Below, one piece after another: positions 59,466 to 64,000 of a stretch of 64,000 bases of DNA. The stretch is from an uncultured Planctomycetota bacterium (GTDB taxonomy: Bacteria > Planctomycetota > Phycisphaerae > Tepidisphaerales > Tepidisphaeraceae). The DNA is taken from NCBI GenBank assembly GCA_963841915.1, contig CAWJEN010000003.1:1-64000 (forward strand). Reading direction: 5' to 3'. Each line of letters opens with the position of its first letter. Positions within the stretch are counted from its first letter, which is position 1. The notes below the pieces were generated by a model, which searched no databases, had not been told where the DNA came from, and was given only the letters and a program-made list of their open reading frames with translations. The position numbers and the translations under genes were made by a program.

Positions 59466-61343
59466 ATGTCTGAAGCTCCACGCCGCGACGATCTTCGCAA
59501 CGTCGCCATCATCGCCCACGTCGATCACGGCAAAACCACGCTTGTCGATGCTCTGCTGCGTCAAAGCGGCAACTTTCGCGACACGCAGTTGTCCGACGAT
59601 CTTATCATGGACAGCAACCCGCTCGAAAGGGAACGGGGCATCACCATCCTGAGCAAAAACGTTGCGATTACCTACCGCGGCCAGGACGGTAAGGAGACGA
59701 AGATCAACCTCATCGACACGCCTGGCCACGCCGACTTCGGTGGTGAGGTCGAACGCGTCCTGAGCATGGCCGACGGCTGCTTCCTGCTCGTCGACGCTGC
59801 CGAAGGTCCGATGCCGCAGACACGTTTCGTGCTCGGAAAGGCGCTGGGCCTAGGGCTCAAGCCGATCGTCGTCATCAACAAAATTGACCGTCCGGACCGT
59901 CGGCCCGACGAGGTACTCAACGAGATCTTCGACCTCTTTGTCGAGCTCGACGCCGCCGATGATCAGCTCGACTTCCCGGTGCTCTACGCCTCAGGCCGAG
60001 ACGGCTGGGCGAGTGACGCCGTGGACAAGAAGGGCGAAGACATCCGTCCCATCTTCGAGGCCATTTTGGACCAGGTGCCCGGCCCTGAGGCTGATCGGGA
60101 CGGCCCGCTCCGGTTGCGGATTCAGACGCTGGCCTACAGCGAATACGTCGGCCGCATTGCCGTCGGGCGCGTCTGGGGCGGCAAGGTCAAGACGAACATG
60201 CCGATTAAAACGGTCGGCCGCGAAGGGGAGAAGGCCGGTCGGATTCAGCAGGTTCAGGTGTTTGAAGGCTTCGGCCGCAAAGATGTTGACGGTGCAGAAG
60301 CCGGTGACATCGTTGCGCTTGTCGGCCTGCCGGACGTCGAGATCGGCAACAGCGTTGTTGATCCACAGAACCCGTCTCCAATGCCGCCGCTCGAAATCGA
60401 GCCGCCGACGCTGACGATGACGTTCCGCGTCAACGACAGCCCCTTCGTCGGTAAGGATGGTGATCACGTCACCAGCCGCAAGATTCGCGATCGACTCCAC
60501 AAGGAGCTCGAGAGCAACGTTGCCCTTCAGGTTGAAGACACGGCCGACAATGACGCCATGCGGGTCAGCGGACGCGGCCTGATGCACCTGGGCATCCTCA
60601 TCGAAACGATGCGGCGTGAGGGCTACGAGTTGTCCGTCGGCAAGCCTGAGGTTGTCCTCAAGCGTGGCGAAGACGGCGTGTTGATGGAGCCTGTCGAGCA
60701 CCTCGTCGTCGACGTGCCGGAGGCCAACATGGGACCGGTCATGGAGATGGTCGGCCTGCGTCGTGGCACGCTCGAGAAGATGGACCAGCGCAGCGGCATC
60801 ACGCACCTGGAGTTCTCGATTCCCGCTCGCGGGCTCATCGGCTTGCGGACACGTTTGCTCACCGCCACCCAGGGCGAGGCGATCGTCCACCACAACTTCA
60901 GCGGCTACCAACCGGCGGCGAAGAACGATCCCGGCGGCCGAAGTGCGGGTGTGATGATCTCCAACATGGCTGGTAAAGCGACCGCGTACAAGATCAACGA
61001 GTTGCAGCAACGCGGCGTCTTGTTCGTCGCGCCGACTGACGAGGTCTACGAGGGCATGGTCGTCGGTGAGCACGCTCGTGAGAATGACATTGTCGTCAAC
61101 ATCACCGAAGCCAAGCAGCTGACGAACTTTCGCACCACCAGCAAGGATAACGCCGAGTATCTCAAGCCGGCTTGGAAGCCGACGGTGGAGCAGGCGCTGG
61201 AATACGTAGGCGAAGATGAGTACGTCGAGGTGACGCCTACCGGTGTCCGCCTTCGTAAGCAGATGCTCAAGGAGGCCGAGCGCAAGCGGCACGATCGTGG
61301 TAAGGCCAAGCGTGAAAAGGAAGCCGCCATGGCAATCGTCTAG
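59466..61343 (+). CDS. typA: Translational GTPase TypA/BipA
   Basis: AHVDHGKTT, ERERGITI, DTPGHADFGGEVER, NKID, GRGLMHL, PARGLIG, YEGMVVG. Confidence 0.97.
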   Translation: MSEAPRRDDLRNVAIIAHVDHGKTTLVDALLRQSGNFRDTQLSDDLIMDSNPLERERGITILSKNVAITYRGQDGKETKINLIDTPGHADFGGEVERVLSMADGCFLLVDAAEGPMPQTRFVLGKALGLGLKPIVVINKIDRPDRRPDEVLNEIFDLFVELDAADDQLDFPVLYASGRDGWASDAVDKKGEDIRPIFEAILDQVPGPEADRDGPLRLRIQTLAYSEYVGRIAVGRVWGGKVKTNMPIKTVGREGEKAGRIQQVQVFEGFGRKDVDGAEAGDIVALVGLPDVEIGNSVVDPQNPSPMPPLEIEPPTLTMTFRVNDSPFVGKDGDHVTSRKIRDRLHKELESNVALQVEDTADNDAMRVSGRGLMHLGILIETMRREGYELSVGKPEVVLKRGEDGVLMEPVEHLVVDVPEANMGPVMEMVGLRRGTLEKMDQRSGITHLEFSIPARGLIGLRTRLLTATQGEAIVHHNFSGYQPAAKNDPGGRSAGVMISNMAGKATAYKINELQQRGVLFVAPTDEVYEGMVVGEHARENDIVVNITEAKQLTNFRTTSKDNAEYLKPAWKPTVEQALEYVGEDEYVEVTPTGVRLRKQMLKEAERKRHDRGKAKREKEAAMAIV

Positions 61344-61369
61344 GCGGTCAGCCGCCGGGGGAGCCGACG

Positions 61370-62632
61370 ATGTACACAGTCTTCATTGATGTTCCCTTCG
61401 CCCGTCGGGGCGACAGGAAGGCGTGCGTCACCGGCGAGTGGGCAATTGCTTTGAAGCTGCTTCGTGACAGCTTTGGCGGCCGCTTCGGCCCGCTGCGGGT
61501 TGCCTCACCAGAGGTGCTGACTGATGACCCGTCCGCTTTTGATCAGGCACCGGCCGACCTCGACGAGAGGGAGGACGACATCCACTTCTTCTCGCTCGGG
61601 GCCAAATTCACGCGGGCCGTCGACTATTGGCGGCATCGAACTGACATAGAAGCTCGATGTGCAGCTGCCGTCGCTGAGGCGACGGTCGTGCATGCCGGCA
61701 TCAACGACGCCTTTCGACCATGGGCGCCGACAGGTGCACGCTTGGCCTTCAAAGCGGGCAAGCCCAGCGTCTTTGTCATCGACACCGACATCGTTCGGCA
61801 GAATCGCCAATTGTCCCGGGACAAGCCGCTGCCCGTGCGTCTCAAGCAAATGATCTATCGCCGGGTCCACCACCGCCAGGCCCAGCGCGGCGTCCGCGAA
61901 GCGACGATCGCGCTGCTGAAGGGGCAGGCGCTGATGGACGTTTACGCAGGCGGCATCGACCACGCTCGCAGCTTCTACAACACGTCTTACAGCGCGGCGG
62001 ACGTCGTGCAGCAGGGTGAACTCGATCGCAGGCTGAGCCTGCGTCGTTTGGGTGCCTCGACGTCACCACTGAGGGTCGTCTCCTTGGGTCGCCTTACCGC
62101 GCGGAAGGGCGTGGATCATTCGATTCGTGCAGTTCACGCAGCCGTCGAAGGAGGTGCGTCAGTAACGCTCGACATCATCGGCGACGGCGATGAGCGGGCG
62201 AACCTGGAGGCGCTTGTCGCAATGCTCGGGGCTGGCGATCATGTTCATTTTCTAGGGGCTCAGCCATACGGACCGAAGCTGCTGCAGTCGCTTCAGGCTT
62301 ACGACGCGTTCATTTATACACCGCTCGGCGAGGACACGGCTCGTGCGTATTTCGACGCATTATGTGCCGGCTTGGCCACCGTCTGCTACGACATCTCATA
62401 CACGCGAGACTTGGCAAGCGAGGCCAGGCAGCCCCGCACGGTGCCGCTGGGTGACGAAGCGGCGATGACGCGTTTGCTCAATGCGTTGGTGAATGATCCT
62501 GATCGTCTTGAAGCACACCGGCGTGCCGCCGCGGCGGCGGCGCTGCTCAACACGCACGAGCAGTGGTACGCCCGACGTGCCGTCTGGACAATCGAGGCCC
62601 ACGACCGCCACGTAGCCGCACGTAGATGTTGA
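61370..62632 (+). CDS. Glycosyltransferase (GT-B fold, GT4-like)
   Basis: LGRLTARKG, LDIIGDG, VHFLG, E...A.FDAL..GL. Confidence 0.85.
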   Translation: MYTVFIDVPFARRGDRKACVTGEWAIALKLLRDSFGGRFGPLRVASPEVLTDDPSAFDQAPADLDEREDDIHFFSLGAKFTRAVDYWRHRTDIEARCAAAVAEATVVHAGINDAFRPWAPTGARLAFKAGKPSVFVIDTDIVRQNRQLSRDKPLPVRLKQMIYRRVHHRQAQRGVREATIALLKGQALMDVYAGGIDHARSFYNTSYSAADVVQQGELDRRLSLRRLGASTSPLRVVSLGRLTARKGVDHSIRAVHAAVEGGASVTLDIIGDGDERANLEALVAMLGAGDHVHFLGAQPYGPKLLQSLQAYDAFIYTPLGEDTARAYFDALCAGLATVCYDISYTRDLASEARQPRTVPLGDEAAMTRLLNALVNDPDRLEAHRRAAAAAALLNTHEQWYARRAVWTIEAHDRHVAARRC

Positions 62633-62636
62633 AGCG

Positions 62637-63281
62637 TCAGGCAAGCGGCCGCATCAGGACGCTGCCGTACCGCTTGAGCCACCGCTCGTGGAGCTTGAAC
62701 GCTGAACACGCAGCGGCGACGCGCCGCCAGTACTCAGGCGAGTGATTCGGCACGTCAAGGTGGATCAACTCGTGAATCGCGAGATACTCCAGCACGGGCG
62801 GTGGGGCCATGATCAGCCGAAAGTTGAAGGACAACGTCCCGCGGGACGAGCAACTGCCCCAAAGCGTTCGCTGGTCTCGGATCGTCAGCCGAGTCGGCTG
62901 GTTCGTGACGAACTTGCGATTGCGTTCGACGGCAGCCGCAAGGTCGACCCTCGCCTCGCTGCGTAGCCACGGCTCGAGCGGGTCGGGCACGTCCTCCCGT
63001 CGCACAGCCTTGCCCCTCAGCAGGATCATGCCGTCCTGGAGTTCCAGCTCGTCAGCTGTTGCCCGCCGCTCATCCGCCGTTTGGTCTAGTCGCTTCAGCA
63101 GCCAAGCCGCATGCGCTTGCACCAGTCGTTGCACGTCTTGCTGCGTCGCTCGTCTGGGCGCAGTGACGCGTACGCCCGCTGGCGTGACCCGCAGGATAAG
63201 CCGCCTCGCCGACGGATGCCGATGCACGCGGTAGGTGATCGAGCGACCCCGAATCGTGATCTGGTGCGGCCGGTCGAGCAC
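62637..63281 (-). CDS. YgjP-like (M48/DUF45) zinc metallopeptidase
   Basis: WGSCS, LIMAP..VLEY..IHELIHL...NHS..YW. Confidence 0.9.
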   Translation of the reverse strand: MLDRPHQITIRGRSITYRVHRHPSARRLILRVTPAGVRVTAPRRATQQDVQRLVQAHAAWLLKRLDQTADERRATADELELQDGMILLRGKAVRREDVPDPLEPWLRSEARVDLAAAVERNRKFVTNQPTRLTIRDQRTLWGSCSSRGTLSFNFRLIMAPPPVLEYLAIHELIHLDVPNHSPEYWRRVAAACSAFKLHERWLKRYGSVLMRPLA

Positions 63282-63346
63282 TACGTAAACCTTATACTTT
63301 CCGAAATTGCTGACGCCGCATCGCGCCGGCTGTACGCTCGCGGCGA

Positions 63347-63739
63347 ATGAACCCCGCTTTCGTCGAACAGCTTTTCGTCTATGGCCTTCTGAGGCCGGAC
63401 GATGCGCCGGTGGCGATTCGACCCGCGATTGAAGACGCCGAAGATCTCGGCGAGGCCAGCATTCGTGGCAAGCTGTTCAACGTGCACAACAAATTTCCCG
63501 CCGCGGTCGAGGGTGACGGCGTCATCCATGGCCACCTCCTCCGTTGGACGAGCGTAGTTGATTGGCAGACGCTGGATCACTGGGAGGGCTGTGACCGTAA
63601 TCCGCCGCTGTACTACCGAACGGTCACACGTGTGACGCTGGCCCCTGGCCACCTGCTCGATGCCTGGGTTTACTGGTGGCAGGGATCGTCGGAGGGCCTG
63701 AAGCATCTGCCGACCGGCTACTGGAGTCAGACACCGTGA
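63347..63739 (+). CDS. Gamma-glutamylcyclotransferase (AIG2-like)
   Basis: LFVYGLL, G.LF....FPA, LD.WEG, Y.R, AWVY. Confidence 0.85.
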   Translation: MNPAFVEQLFVYGLLRPDDAPVAIRPAIEDAEDLGEASIRGKLFNVHNKFPAAVEGDGVIHGHLLRWTSVVDWQTLDHWEGCDRNPPLYYRTVTRVTLAPGHLLDAWVYWWQGSSEGLKHLPTGYWSQTP

Positions 63740-64000
63740 GGCGGCCGATCATCGGCATCACCCTTGACCACGAGCGGTCACGCGAGCGTTACGAGCTGAG
63801 TTACGCCGTTGTCGACAGTGTCGTGCTCGCCGGTGGCGATCCAGTGTTGTTGCCATTCCACGACGAGGCGACGCTGCCGACCTTCATCGACGGGTTGCTA
63901 CTTTCAGGGGGAAATGATCCCGATCCGGCGGCCTGGGGCGAGCCGTGGCACCCGGCCTGCAATCCGGTCGATCCTCATCGAGAGCAACACGAACGACGGC
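63736..64000 (+). CDS. Gamma-glutamyl-GABA hydrolase / peptidase C26 family (partial, 5' end)
   Basis: Manual translation from GTG 63736: RRPIIGIT...AGGDPVLLP...IDGLLLSGGNDPDPAAWG; overlaps the upstream stop. Confidence 0.88.
   Translation, partial: MRRPIIGITLDHERSRERYELSYAVVDSVVLAGGDPVLLPFHDEATLPTFIDGLLLSGGNDPDPAAWGEPWHPACNPVDPHREQHERR

Overview
GC-rich bacterial chromosome segment, inferred to be from Planctomycetota (probably Phycisphaerae) from its PEP-CTERM/dockerin-like exoproteins, DUF4159-type protein, CxxCGYDL..CPECG zinc-ribbon protein and solitary rpsR. It is mostly housekeeping: recJ, tadA, galM, sthA, fabD, cimA, an osmoprotectant ABC transporter, dapB, rpsR, ppc, split coaC/coaB, mnmE, nfo, carA, valS, a flotillin pair and typA. 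Four perfect parS palindromes (TGTTCCACGTGGAACA) in two pairs suggest an origin-proximal location. The standout is valS (46124-50155, minus strand, about 1343 aa). It carries an in-frame HUH/Y1 (RAYT/IS200-like) transposase domain that has no start or stop codon of its own and is bracketed by two REP-like inverted-repeat doublets. Two further solo doublets of the same repeat are translated in frame at other ValRS positions. The repeat forms a conserved hairpin with a compensatory substitution. Three other palindromic repeat families occur in intergenic or accessory DNA. A PIN toxin-antitoxin module and a zinc-ribbon membrane gene lie between coaC and coaB, joined to them by overlapping start/stop codons. 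Several frameshifts cluster at about 32-39.7 kb and may be assembly errors. No rRNA, tRNA or CRISPR array was recognised. All protein-family calls are by-eye motif recognition, not database searches.
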